Source: Phoronis australis (taxonomy: Eukaryota; Animalia; Phoronida). From it: 43,150 bases of DNA. The notes under the pieces are model-generated. The model did no database searches. It was not told the DNA's origin and was given only the letters and a program-made list of their open reading frames with translations. Both the position numbers and the translations under genes were made by a program. Positions 1 to 11,161 of the stretch are shown here, in pieces (the first letter of the stretch is position 1; the number at the start of each line of letters is the position of its first letter). The stretch lies in contig NMRA01000255.1 in assembly GCA_002633005.1 (NCBI GenBank), positions 59,457 through 102,606 of the forward strand, written 5' to 3'.

Positions 1-2682
1 CAGCGACTGTTTGCATTTGGTTTACTTATTCATCAAGACCATTTTTCATACTTTCGTGAGTTTGTAGTTTTTGGATTTACATGTAATTCCAGCCAACAGG
101 TGTCAATAAGAAATGACGGATCCCACAAATCTCAGAGTACTTAGGCATGCGCATGCATCAGGGCTGCATACCGTTGCAAAATACAAGATCACGCAAGTCT
201 TTGTGAGACATAGTCAAGCATTAAGACCGAAGCACGTGATCACATAAGTTTTTCTCGCGAGTGTCGTGTATCTACAAAACGCATTCTCGGTTCGACTATT
301 CGCTTGAAGATCAAATGCATCCCCATTAAAAATTAACCTTTGATTCAGACCGCTTATCACTATTTATCACCTTTAGTCTTTTAAGTGATCTAAATCAGAC
401 GTTTTGGAAAATGTTAATACATTTGAAGCTTATTGGGAAATAGCCCTGATGTACACCAATCTAATACTATGCGGACTTAAGCTGAAGTTTCAAATTCCTG
501 AATCATACTATGTGCTTTGATCAAACATCAATCGTTTTTGAACTATTCATCAGCTTGCGCAAATATACTAAAATATAAATCGGCCATAATTAAAAGTTGT
601 TACTGTGACTTCAATTCATCAAAAGCAATTAATTTGGTATATAAACTGACTACATACCAGTCAATAACATTCGATCTGTCTACATTCTGCGGCCTTTCTA
701 TCGAGATACAAGTCGGCGGTTTCTGCATTTGACTGGTAATCAAGATTAAATTTCTTGACATTCTTGAGGTAGGTAAAGTTGCCATCTACTTTTTGTTCAC
801 CAAAGCAAATCAATTTGAAATAGATTACTGCCACCCAAAGAGGGGAACGCCAAAATGAAAATAATGCGGATCAAAATTATGAGGGTTAGGCTTATAATAA
901 GACCAGGGATGAAATGAGGTTGGGGCGAATCGGTGTGTTGGGTTTAAACCTTCCAGACTACAAGCCTATAAGACTATAGACCCTTCCTACTGCAGGACTA
1001 CAAAATTTTGCACTGACAGTGTCTTTGCTTTTTTAAATTGAGTCGGTGGTGCAGTGTTTCTTTATGTGGTTACATTTCAGATAGGAAAATCCACCTGAGA
1101 CGAACAGAACTGCCCTTGTGAAACTTCTTTCTTCAAGTCATGTTTATGCAGGTCCATGACATTTTCATGGTCAAACAGTGAGATTTGTGTATTGCCACGG
1201 AGGAGAGGAGTTGGACTGTTACCCGCCTGATTCATGCAGAAAATGAAAATTTCAATAAGTTAAAATTCGGCATGGCTGCTTCTAATGATAAATTACGGGG
1301 ATCAGAAAAAGAATGAACAGCGTAAAAAAGAAATCAATGTAAATAAAAAAAATTATTGATGTGAACTTTTCACATGGAGAATGTGAAATTTTCCAACTGC
1401 CCGAAAAAAACGCACAATTTTTTTGAACAGCATCAAAACACACATACTAAACTACAAATTATGGGAGACTGAACAAAAAATCCCAAAATCCAACGGAATA
1501 CGATGGCATAAAAGTTTTGGAAAATGCTAAAACCAAAGACGTCAGTTTGTGCAAATGAACACTGAAGCCAAAAGTTGTCGCAACTAAAAGCTTGAAACAT
1601 TTTGTGCTTCGAGGGCCTGAAAAAAATTTATCATGAGACTTACGACAATTTGTTCAGGGAAGACAGTTTGTGATCCAACAGTGTGCCGTCAACATGCATA
1701 TCCACATCAGATTCTAATTAAAAGTCACACATTTCAACTGTGTACCACCTTAAACCGACGAGGAAATATAGATCAGAAGCATTTTAAGTCTGGTCTGCAC
1801 GCTACCTGTTGGGCACATCACGCGACATAATAAACACAAGTCTGAAAAGATTTTTGCCTCCGTGAATTATGTTCATTTGCTGTACGCGAACTTGGAATCC
1901 TGCTTTATCTCAAGATCACTTGGTACTGAATATTCATTTGGGCAATCAGGGGAATTTTTTTATTCAGTGTAAAAAGTTTTTGTTATTATTGGCTTAATGA
2001 TTACCCATTTTCTCCTTGTGCCAAAGAATCGAAGGAACATGTGAATTGTTAAATCAATTATTCTTTGGTGAATTAGATCGCCAATAGTTGAAAAATGGTT
2101 GGTTAAAATTTACTTAATTTTATCAACATGTAATTTGATTTAGCGCAGTGCAAATCAAATCTCTAATTATTTATAGTCAGTTCGACAAAATAGACAAACA
2201 CTAGCCAAAGGCTAATATCACTGACCGTAGATAATAACATAAAACGTAAACAATAAAATAATGAAAAACCAAATACATGACAAAATGAGAAAACACATAT
2301 TGACGAAATATCATGAAAGTATGGCACACACGCATACACACACGCACACATACACACGAGATTTAAAATCAGCATACACTGCACCTGCATGGTGGTTCTG
2401 TCCAAGATTTAATAAAACTCTTAAAAAGTTTATAATCCATGAACTTGGACTCATTGGGAAGAGAGTTCCAAAGTTTTGCGCCGTTCACTGACAAAGAGTT
2501 TAAACCTTGGCGCAAGATTTCAAGTTCACGCACAACACATTAGCTCACATGATGACCAACAAGTGGCGCGCGGACCAGACCTAAAAGTTTGGCACCACCT
2601 CATTGTATAACACTTACATCATTGTAAAGTTCTGTGACAGACAGAACATGGTGACTATTTAATTTTTACATCGATTGCAGAC

Positions 2683-2767
2683 ATGAAAACGACAATTTGC
2701 CTCTTGACTATGCTGTTCTTGTTAGGGATTCAGTTTCTGCACGCGTCGACACTGAACTCGTTAAGAG
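2683..2767 (+). CDS. Defensin-like precursor, coding exon 1 (signal peptide MKTTICLLTMLFLLGIQFLHA + start of propeptide)
   Basis: ATG at 2683 directly after an acceptor-like ttgcag (2675-2680). It encodes a basic-hydrophobic signal peptide. The exon ends at a canonical G|GTAAGC donor (2768), phase 1, which joins in frame to the acceptor at 3473. Not in the ORF track because it is short. Confidence 0.85.
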
Positions 2768-2969
2768 GTAAGCTGTTCGTTACCTAAAAACTATGAGTTT
2801 TCGTAAACAAGTTTTTTATGGGTGGTTAGAACGTATTCATTGTTCACGAATTCATGTCTTTTTCGTTCGCAAAATTATGAAATGAATGTCAGTTTGTCCA
2901 TACGGAAATTTCAATCAGAGAGCACACTTACATAGATTTACCTAGACATACAACAACTTGCAGTGGTGG

Positions 2970-3154
2970 AACTTGCTCTGCGCTGGTCACACTAGTTAAT
3001 TCAAATTGCGTCCTCACAGCCCTCAACCTAGTGCAACTTGCTTTGCTTGTCACACTAGTTCAAATGGCGTCCACACAGCCCTCAACCTAGTGCAACTTGC
3101 TTTGCTTGTCACGCTAGTTCAGTCAAATAGCGTCCACACAGCCCTCAAACCTAG
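2970..3154. repeat. Minisatellite, 3 copies of ~60 bp, in the defensin intron
   Basis: Unit aacttgctttgcttgtcacactagtt..caaatggcgtccacacagccctcaacctagtgc starts at ~2970, 3035 and 3094. Confidence 0.9.
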
Positions 3155-3473
3155 AGATAACTCGTTCCAGGACTGAGTGAATTGTCTGTGTGTGGACAGT
3201 ACTCTAATGGGTCAAAGTGGACACAATTGGTCAAAATGGAAAAAATCGATAAATTCACATAATGGGTAAAACAACGTACCGTCGGATTTTCAGATCCAGA
3301 GCCCCCTTTTTAGGGTCACTACTCAAGTTCATATCGTGTTTGAAGGTGTATGCTTGTCCTAGTCAAAGTCACTGCTTCTAAATCTTTTGTTGGGTCAGTA
3401 ATTCGTACTCATTTGAAAGAATTTAACCCAAGATCAGTGCTTCATACATTTCACATTCAAGCTTGCTTTGCAG

Positions 3474-3715
3474 ACGATGTATCAAGTGAATCGCGCCGTT
3501 TGTTTGCCGCCGAGTTGGAAAGAAGTCGTCGAGCACGCATGACTTGTGATAATAACGAATCGTGCAGGCAGTGGTGCATAAACCAAGGACGTGCTAGTGG
3601 GCGCTGCTATAAAGCCAAGTGTTACTGCAGAGGGTGTGTAATCAAATTCTATACCCGGTATTTTAACTGCAGTTCATTTCTTCTTCTTTCTTCTTTACCA
3701 GCCGCTTCCCCGTGA
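3474..3715 (+). CDS. Defensin-like precursor, coding exon 2: propeptide + CS-alpha-beta mature peptide (3' end uncertain; possible donor at 3634)
   Basis: The acceptor ctttgcag|AC gives D-DVSSESRRLFAAELERSRRAR-MTCDNNESCRQWCINQGRASGRCYKAKCYCRG. Cys spacing C-x5-C-x3-C-x9-C-x4-C-x-C with a GxC motif is the CS-alpha-beta signature. RRAR is a furin-type site. The unspliced stop is at 3713-3715, but a GG|GTGTGT donor at 3634 may be used. Confidence 0.85.
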
Positions 3716-4503
3716 AACCGAAAATCATGCTGTTTTAAATCTACCGAACAGGATTTTGATATAATGTATTTGAAAAGCTGGTTTCCGAGGCATGATGACA
3801 TTGGCTTCAACCTTCATTTAGAACTGAGAAACGTCCTGCGACTGAACTTAGACCAGTCACGTTTTTGTTGGGTCTGTCAGCCCTAGGATTTTGTACAGTG
3901 TTGTACTCGTAAATGCTCTAGGCGCTTTTGGTAGCGTAATGTTGTTGAGAACACAGGCTTAGTTATTTGTCGCTCTGTCTTGAAGTAAAGTTTGTTTGTT
4001 TGCTTGTTGTGTTGTGTTCGCACGATGCAGACTACATTTTTGGATGATTGATATAAAATTTACTTTACCAAGGGGTTGAAGCCAAAGGTTTTTGATCTAA
4101 ATGGGAAACAAAATGATATCGTGGAGGACATTTCTTGTTTTCAAGGTTCTCGAAACCAAACCTCAGACTCTTTCTGAAAACCAGTGTATGAACTAACGGA
4201 TATTAGAATTTTATTCGGTGATGCCTACGGCACGACAGTTGTAGGGGCGTTTCTGAGTTCAATGACAACATGATCGTTCGTGTGTTATATACCTAATATT
4301 TGTTTACTCTAAAAGATTCTTATGGTTAAATGAGCACATTATCTGTAAAATGCATTTTGTGGATTTAACTATCTCACATGTTGAGCAGTGGAGGGATCAG
4401 CATCAGTCAAATACTCACACTGATGAATCACATGGCTTCAAGATTACTCCAGTATGGATGTTACAATTTGTGTTATTGGTTCCTGGTTACATTTTCAAAA
4501 TTA

Positions 4504-4789
4504 CATAGGCGGATTTAGGGGGGGCAGAGGGCCCGCCCCCGCCCCTTGGCTGCCGCAAGGAAAGTGGAACAGCAATAGCGCAAAGCTTGAGGAAATGCTG
4601 AGTGAGCAACCATGACCGGTAGCGGAGAAGGGGAGGGGGGCTCAGAACCTGGACCGCAGATTTTCTGAACAGAAGGGTTACAAGACCGGTGCCCGCAACT
4701 TTCGGGTCTCTGCTGTAAACACAAGCACGCTTTGCCAACGTCATCTTCGGATTTTGGGCCCCCCTTATGGTATCCTAGATCCGCCACTG
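4504..4789 (-). mobile_element. MITE / non-autonomous DNA transposon with CAGTGGCGGATCTAG-type TIRs (same family as 29011-29308)
   Basis: Ends are cataggcggatttaggggggg and cccccttatggtatcctagatccgccactg. It is a reverse-complement homolog of 29011-29308. No TSD recognisable. Confidence 0.8.
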
Positions 4790-4914
4790 ACTTATGTGAA
4801 CTCTTCTGATCCAATGGCATTCCAAGTTGTTACCTGTGAAGGAATATAATGATTGTAGTAGGGAAAGAATGGTGTCATGAGGTGTGAAAGGAATATGCTA
4901 GGGTTTCCGCACCT

Positions 4915-5290
4915 ACTCGTCAAGTCAATTTAACAGATATTTCGTCAAGTGTTTTCATGAGATAGTGTTGCCTTTTTATGGTTTTGGGTAATTCTTTGGT
5001 ATCTAAACATATTCTTAAACTACAACCAGATTTATCGACATGAGTCACAGCCGCGACACAATCAGTGGTCTCTGAAATCGGTTCAGTATCATCTATCGTG
5101 CCTCCTGCCACTTTTCTTAACGGGTGAAACCGTTTAACAGCTACTTTGAGTGGTGGGTATACCACAGGTGAAACATCTTTGACTACTACAATGTGGTGGA
5201 TTGTTTTGGTACAACCAGGTCCTCAAACACATCACTAAACTCGTCTAAGATTGAAATATTTAATTTGTTCAGTTAATTAACTCGTTTGAC
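4915..5290 (-). mobile_element. Ty3/Gypsy LTR retrotransposon pol relic (N-terminal part of RT)
   Basis: The minus-strand peptide VYPPLKVAV...EPISETTDCVAAVTHVDKSGCSLRICLDTKELPKTIKRQHYLMKTLDEI resembles the Gypsy RT motifs PVVHPPRKVP / EPTDWVS..V.K.NG.LRICLDP+DLNKAI+R.HYP+PT++EI. A frameshifted FSDVFE-like segment lies upstream. Degenerate. Confidence 0.8.
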
Positions 5291-5298
5291 CAGACCCG

Positions 5299-5508
5299 CA
5301 CGGGCGGCTGCGCAAAAGGGACGTCCAAGTAAACGGATGGGTACCTGAAGCGAATTCTATATCACAAACGCTGAGTAAAAATCGGTTATGAAATTAAGTG
5401 TCATGATCTCTGCGCCCAGGGTTCTGTATAAATGAAAAAAATGGAAATCATCTATTATCCTCGTGGCTAAAAACAGGGGCCAGGACCCCTTCACTGGGTC
5501 CGCCAGCG
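5299..5508. mobile_element. Degenerate MITE with GGCGG-type TIRs
   Basis: Left cacgggcggctgc and right ctgggtccgccagcg resemble the TIRs of the 4504/29011 family. Confidence 0.35.
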
Positions 5509-5806
5509 TTATGGTATGCACTTATTGCTCGTTGAACTGACAGGGGGACGCATCTTGTTCCCATTATGCCTCAATACAGTCATTAAAGACTACTCAGCAT
5601 CATCGAAAAGTCATCAGTTTTGCCCCTTGAAATGTGTACCTTTCCGCTGTTGTGTGACCTGCACATAAGAGATTGTGATATGGTATTAGCATCTTTGGTG
5701 AACATTGGCAAAACAACACAAGACCTAGTGTGTGCTATGTTCCTACTTTTCATTCCTTTTGTTACAAAACATCATCACTCTTTCTAAACTGTTTCACTTC
5801 AAACTG

Positions 5807-6075
5807 AGGCCTGTTTGATTAAAGTGATTTAAGTATTAAGACATCAATTTGGTCTTATACACGTTTGCTCAAGTAGGATTCAATTGCTTTTTAAGAATAG
5901 TTGTGTGGAGGGTAAGACCAATGTTTTTAATGAAGTCTTTTAAAAGACAAAAATTGGTCTTACGCCCGTTTGCTCAAGTGAGATTTAGTTGTTTTTCAGA
6001 TATAGTTGTGTGGAGCCTAAGGCCATTTTTTCCTGGTGTCTTTTAAAGTCATTGAAAACTCATGAAACAGATCCC
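5807..6075. mobile_element. PIF/Harbinger-like MITE with an internal ~105-bp tandem duplication
   Basis: Imperfect TIRs aggcctgtttgattaaagtgatttaag and gtcattgaaaactcatgaaacagatcc, flanked by ctg/cag. Two internal copies of aagac..ttggtctta..cgtttgctcaagt..atagttgtgtggag. The TIR resembles that of 37894-38164. Confidence 0.55.
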
Positions 6076-8167
6076 AGGGAATGTGCGAATTAAAGTATTT
6101 TTTGTATTATGCTACTTACAATGCTATTTTAACAATTTCTGTTGTGTAACGTGGCCAATCTTATTTTAATGTGTCAAATTGAATGTCTCTGAGGCAATAT
6201 TTTTGATTGATAAGGATAAAATATTGTACATCAACTCTAAATTTAAATATTTTGTCTGTTCATTGCGAATTACGGGCTTAGGTACACATAAGGAATGTTT
6301 GAAGGATCCTACAGCTCACTGACTACAAGTCCATTCTAAGTTAGACATACCTTTTTCAATGGATAACTGAATCTTTTATTTAAAGAACGTAAAAGCTGAT
6401 CTCTAAGAACTACTTTTCGAACCGATAATGTCACCTCTTGAGAGGCGTTAGTTATTGATGCTTTTATTCTTTGAATTGTTTGTTTTTGTGCGTGAATGTG
6501 TTTTGTTTGTGTACCACTCACGCAAGCAATGCTGTTTTGCTTTGAATTTCAGGTAAAGGAGTTATCTTGAAGGCTAAAGAGAACAATGCGAAAATATGTT
6601 CGTATTTATTTAAAGAAAAGCAATTTGCCTTGTGTCATTTGGTTCAAATTTTCTTGTAAAACAGTTAACAAAATTGGTTTCAAATTGTTCAGCACTCCGA
6701 TTGTTTGGCTTGGGAAGAACCAAATATAAGTTGTTGCACGCTACCAGACTCGAGCCTGATTAAAATTACGTGTCATTCTATGATATAAGCTTGACTCAAG
6801 TAATAACAAACTGCCAGTCAAAAATTTTTTCTAATTTTCGCTGATAATTTTACGAAGCTACTCTAATAGTCTCTAACCATATGAGTAAGTTGATCAGGAA
6901 AAAGCGTTTTACTCACTTTTCATAAAAAGCATCCAATTTCTACGTACCTTAAGTTTTCGACTACCTCTTTCTGTTTTTATTTAAAGGGACAGTTCCCTCA
7001 TTTATGCACACATTCACTGAAGGAACATGATCGCTTTCATGGAAGAAAAACGTATTTTGGGGAGTTTTTGAGCACGATATACCTGTCACCTGTTGCACTT
7101 GCGTCATTCTCCTGGTTCAGGTAGAAATCGATATCACAACCTCAGCAGTCGCAGCCCAACTCTCTGTTGTCAGAGAGAACTCTGTTTAATGAACGGAAAA
7201 TCCTTTTAAGTGTATTTAACTGGTGAAGTCATCGTCCTTAATATTAGGGAATGGCTGACTGACAAGGGCGAACAAGCTATCGCTATTGAATACCGGAGCG
7301 TTTCAAGTCAAATGCAGGTGACCTCTCTATTCCCTTTGTAGGTAGCAACCAATTGCCATTACTGCACCTGAAACTTTGAGACAAATTTGTGAATTTAATT
7401 CCAATGTTTAGGTCACAAAAGGAGTGCGTTTTTATTATTTCACCATAAAGCTGTATTTCTCAAACCAATCGTTACGTGGCTCGTATTTCGGCATCATTAT
7501 TTCTTGGGATAAAAACATGTACCAGACTATCAAGAATATCCTAATGAATACATGCTTGTATGGGTTGTGTTATTTTGTTCAATTTCTCGTAAATTAGTGG
7601 TTAAATACAGGTAAATTTACTTTTTGAGCATTTAAGTGGTTTTGGGAGGATATGCAACTATGTGGGGTGAAGATTTAACAACCCGGGGAGTGAAACAACT
7701 GGCAGTGACCGGGGAGGGTAGAGCAAAGCAAAAGGTCCGGTCATCACAATTTCACACCTCCCCGATGCAAGAGCTTCCAACAGGCATACCTGAGAACAAT
7801 GTTTGCTGAGAAGTATTCCGGTGCCATTTCGATCGACGGCCGTCAACTGTCCATGACCATTCAATACTTCGAATCACAATTCAGCTACTCGGCTGTTCTC
7901 AAGAGGCAAGTTTGGAACTGTATATACACTTACAAACCGTCATGTGCACTGAATACTTATAGTGCAGCTACTTTAAATGAGTGGTGGGATAGGGAAAATG
8001 TTTCAGGATCCGATTCAATCCGATTCTGAATCGGTTATGAGTAACATTACCACTGAGTACAGGCAAAGCTGTTCGCAATGAGACTCAAAACACATTGGTT
8101 CAATTTCTCTAACGAGCAACAGATGACGCTGCTCTACGTTACCGTACGAAGATTTGCATGCGGCCAA

Positions 8168-8533
8168 GGTGACTTCGCCTCGTTTACGAGACGTTTAACT
8201 TTTTTAGAACTACTAAAAAAATAACTACCAGCGGCCAAGGAGACACCATCATTAGTGATTACTGTCTCGGAATCCATTTTGATTCGTCGTTTTTCTTTAG
8301 CAACGACGAGTTCTTGCGATCGGGTTTGTGACCCTTTGCGTTTTATATTTACAAATAAAGCAATCCGTGGTAGATCATTAGAAGATTTTCGACATGACAA
8401 AAAACTTGCTTCTCATTGCATGGATCTTTACGAGTGTCTGTGAGTTATTACGCTTCGTGACGTTTTACGGAGGCTTGCGGCTGGTTACAATTTGGTGGGT
8501 CTCGTAAGAAAACTCCGTGGGTGTGAAGGCACC
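8168..8533. mobile_element. Degenerate Harbinger-like MITE
   Basis: Left ggtgacttcgcctcgtttacgagac versus the reverse complement of the right end, ggtgccttcacacccacggagtttcttacgagac. Confidence 0.45.
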
Positions 8534-10736
8534 ATTATTGAATCGGAGCATAGCTGGTCAATCAAAGCTTGGGCGTAGATGTCTTTCTTACTTAGCGAGT
8601 AAATCTACATACGCCATATATTGAAAATATGTCACATATTCTTTATATAAATTTGTTGTGGCTTAGAATGAAAGTCGGTGACTGAAGACGGTTGATACGC
8701 GGTAAAATGTAACAATTTCGTAAAATGCAACAACTCTTACATTTTACGTCATTATTACATTTTACGTTGCTAGGCCTCTCCTAAAATTTATCAAGTAGCT
8801 ACATTTTATGTAATTGTTACAATTTACGTCGAATGCATATGCGAGAAATGTGCCATTGTTACATTTTACGAAATCTACGTCATATTTCATGAGTTTGTAT
8901 GGTATTTGTCACACGGAGGAAAGCGGTTCATACACTTCTAACACCTTCTTTCTCGGATTGTTTGAATGAAATTCTATCAAATGTGAAAGCTCGAATTTAT
9001 AGATGTGTCCGTATGTGTTTTCCATTGTTTTTTAGCCTGGGTAGTTTCTTGGTATAGTAAAAAATGTACCCCGTACAGTTTCAATTCCAGACGAAAGGAG
9101 TTCCCAGGATCAGGTAACACGTTTTTATTGTTAAAGCGTTCTTGTAATAATTTTGTGGGCGGCCACAGGTCACACGCAATTGTGTGTCCCGCATTACAGT
9201 AAACACACTTCCCTTGTTACCTCGTAAGCACAACAGAAACAATGACACCGTATTTTGGCTAATGCATGTATTTATCACATTTCTTTAGGAACAAACGACA
9301 ATAACATTTTTTCACGGAGAATTCAGTTAAGGGAACCAATTAGATAGACAAAACCGTTTTAATACACGATGGCTTGATTTGCTTCAGTCAGTGTTTTATT
9401 GCCTTAGAGTCATGGCCAATGCTCCACACAAAAGTTTCTGACGCCGACGGGTTGTGTTTACCAACTTAGTTACGAATGACAATTTCTTTAAGTCATTATG
9501 GTGGAACGTGTTTTGAACAGCTAAAATCTGAATGAAATATAATTGTTCCTATGATGTCAAACCTGTCTGAAATAATGGTGGTAACAGTTGATCAAACCGT
9601 GACGTGTACACGTAAAATGGGAGGCCTAGCTGGGGAAATAAAAAATGTTTTACCACTCTGAATAGACACGGTCATTTGGCTCATACCGGGTCTTCGTCGA
9701 TAGTTTAAAGGAGCAACAGTTCAAAAAAGCTGACTGTGGGCGTTTCGGACTTCAAAAACATGCACTTTCTCTTTCTATTATCTTTTAAGATAAAAAAATC
9801 AATTAAAATTGCTAATTGGTCAATGTTCGTTAGTCCAAACTAGGAACCAGGTTCCTATGTCCGAAGCACATATCAATAAAGACAGAGACTGGGCCTTCTA
9901 GTATTAATGGATGTGTAGTAACGTGTCTTGTGAGGCGCCATTGTTGTGTTGCATCTCGCTGTCAACAACACGGGTGGCTGGTGGCAGATAAGGATCTCTG
10001 ATATGTTAAACGTTTTGCTACATCGCATAAAAAGCGCATATTAAACATCTCTGACTTTGACGTTGGCCGTTTTTGTTCCTTACAACCCATTTTCAGTGAA
10101 ACCTAGTTCAAATCATTCAGAAAAATCACTGAATACTGACCGCAGCCATAGCCGACTAGTCGCTATATTTCGAAAAATGTCTACATTCAAAATTCAATTG
10201 ATGTCCGCTTAACTTCAAAGCCGTTTTTCTCGACTCGTGATTTCAGGGTAGTGACAAGATTCTCGGGCCTATTTTTCCGCAAGATGTGGGTCGATTTTTA
10301 CGAAATGTGCAAATTTGAAATCCTCTAGATGTAAGTCGCAAGTAAAGAATACAGTTTGAATTCAGTTCTTCGTTGCAAACTACAGAAGGACAAAATAGTT
10401 TATTTACAAACAAAACCGTGCCTGCCGATAGATCAGAAATAATCCATTTTTGAAATGGCGCACGTCTAAACAAGATTTTAATTCTCAACACCCTTGTTTC
10501 TAAAAAGTAGGCCTACTCTACATCCACAGCTGTCATGACGCTTCTCATAATGTCGTTAAAGTTGAACATAGGAACCTCTTAAAGCACTCGCTGTCCATTA
10601 TGGGGAGCCCGGTGAAAACTTTGAACCATAAATAGAGGATTTTAAAATCTTTGAGGACCATGATGTATTAGCACTTTGCTAAAACATTTATTATACATAC
10701 TGCACTGCATCATTGTTAAATAAATTTAAAAATATC

Positions 10737-10850
10737 AATAATGATGATAATGATGTCGATAAAGATACCAAGTAATAGTAGTGAAAGTAGTAATAGTTGT
10801 AATGTAAGTAATAGCAGTAATAGTAATGTAATAATAACAAAAATGATAAT
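10737..10850. repeat. Degenerate (TAA/TAG/TGA)n microsatellite
   Basis: ataatgatgataatg...taatagtagt...aataataac. It explains the hydrophobic spurious ORF 10716-10958. Confidence 0.75.
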
Positions 10851-10875
10851 GGCTAGCCAAACTGATGCCGTGTCA

Positions 10876-11161
10876 CCCTGAAGGGAATTCCTGTAGAAGA
10901 GGTATACGAAAAGCGCCGCCCAAAGGGATGTTTTTTGCACAGCAAAAATGCTGTCCAAGATGGTGCCATTTATAATAAAACATTATCTAAAAGGGTGCTT
11001 TTTCTGAATTTCTGGAACAGAAATGTGCGAAAATGTGAATGTTTACGCAAAATTAGTCTCCAAATGGGTCATATTTATGTCCAAGCTCACTCTCGAAACG
11101 GTAGGTATTCAAATTTTTCGGGCGGCACCCCTTGTCCAAAAATACTCGAGTACCCCCCGGG
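10876..11161. mobile_element. MITE with CCCGGGGGGTACTC-type ends nested in the 2.7-kb element
   Basis: Right end gagtaccccccggg. Degenerate left end ccctgaagggaattcc followed by gtatacg..gccgcccaaaggg.tgttttt. Confidence 0.5.

Noticed and set aside
430-2910. NF-kB sites near the defensin gene (gggaaatagccc, ggggaatttt, ggaaatttc)
   Set aside because: None is a full GGGRNNYYCC match, and such near-matches are expected by chance in AT-rich DNA.
2970-3154. CRISPR-like array
   Set aside because: Head-to-tail tandem units with no unique spacers, in a eukaryotic intron with no cas genes.
3350-3473. N-terminus of track ORF 3350-3715
   Set aside because: Intronic. The real N-terminus is the signal-peptide exon at 2683.
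4415-4460. CTGATGA here (and at 5611-5617 on the minus strand) as hammerhead cores
   Set aside because: No downstream GAAA-like box or enclosing stem I.
4487-4820. GC-rich ORFs (85 and 101 aa), and similarly ORF 29066-29317
   Set aside because: They lie within non-coding MITE copies.
10716-10958. Hydrophobic membrane-protein-like ORF
   Set aside because: Reverse translation of a TAA/TAG microsatellite inside a transposon.
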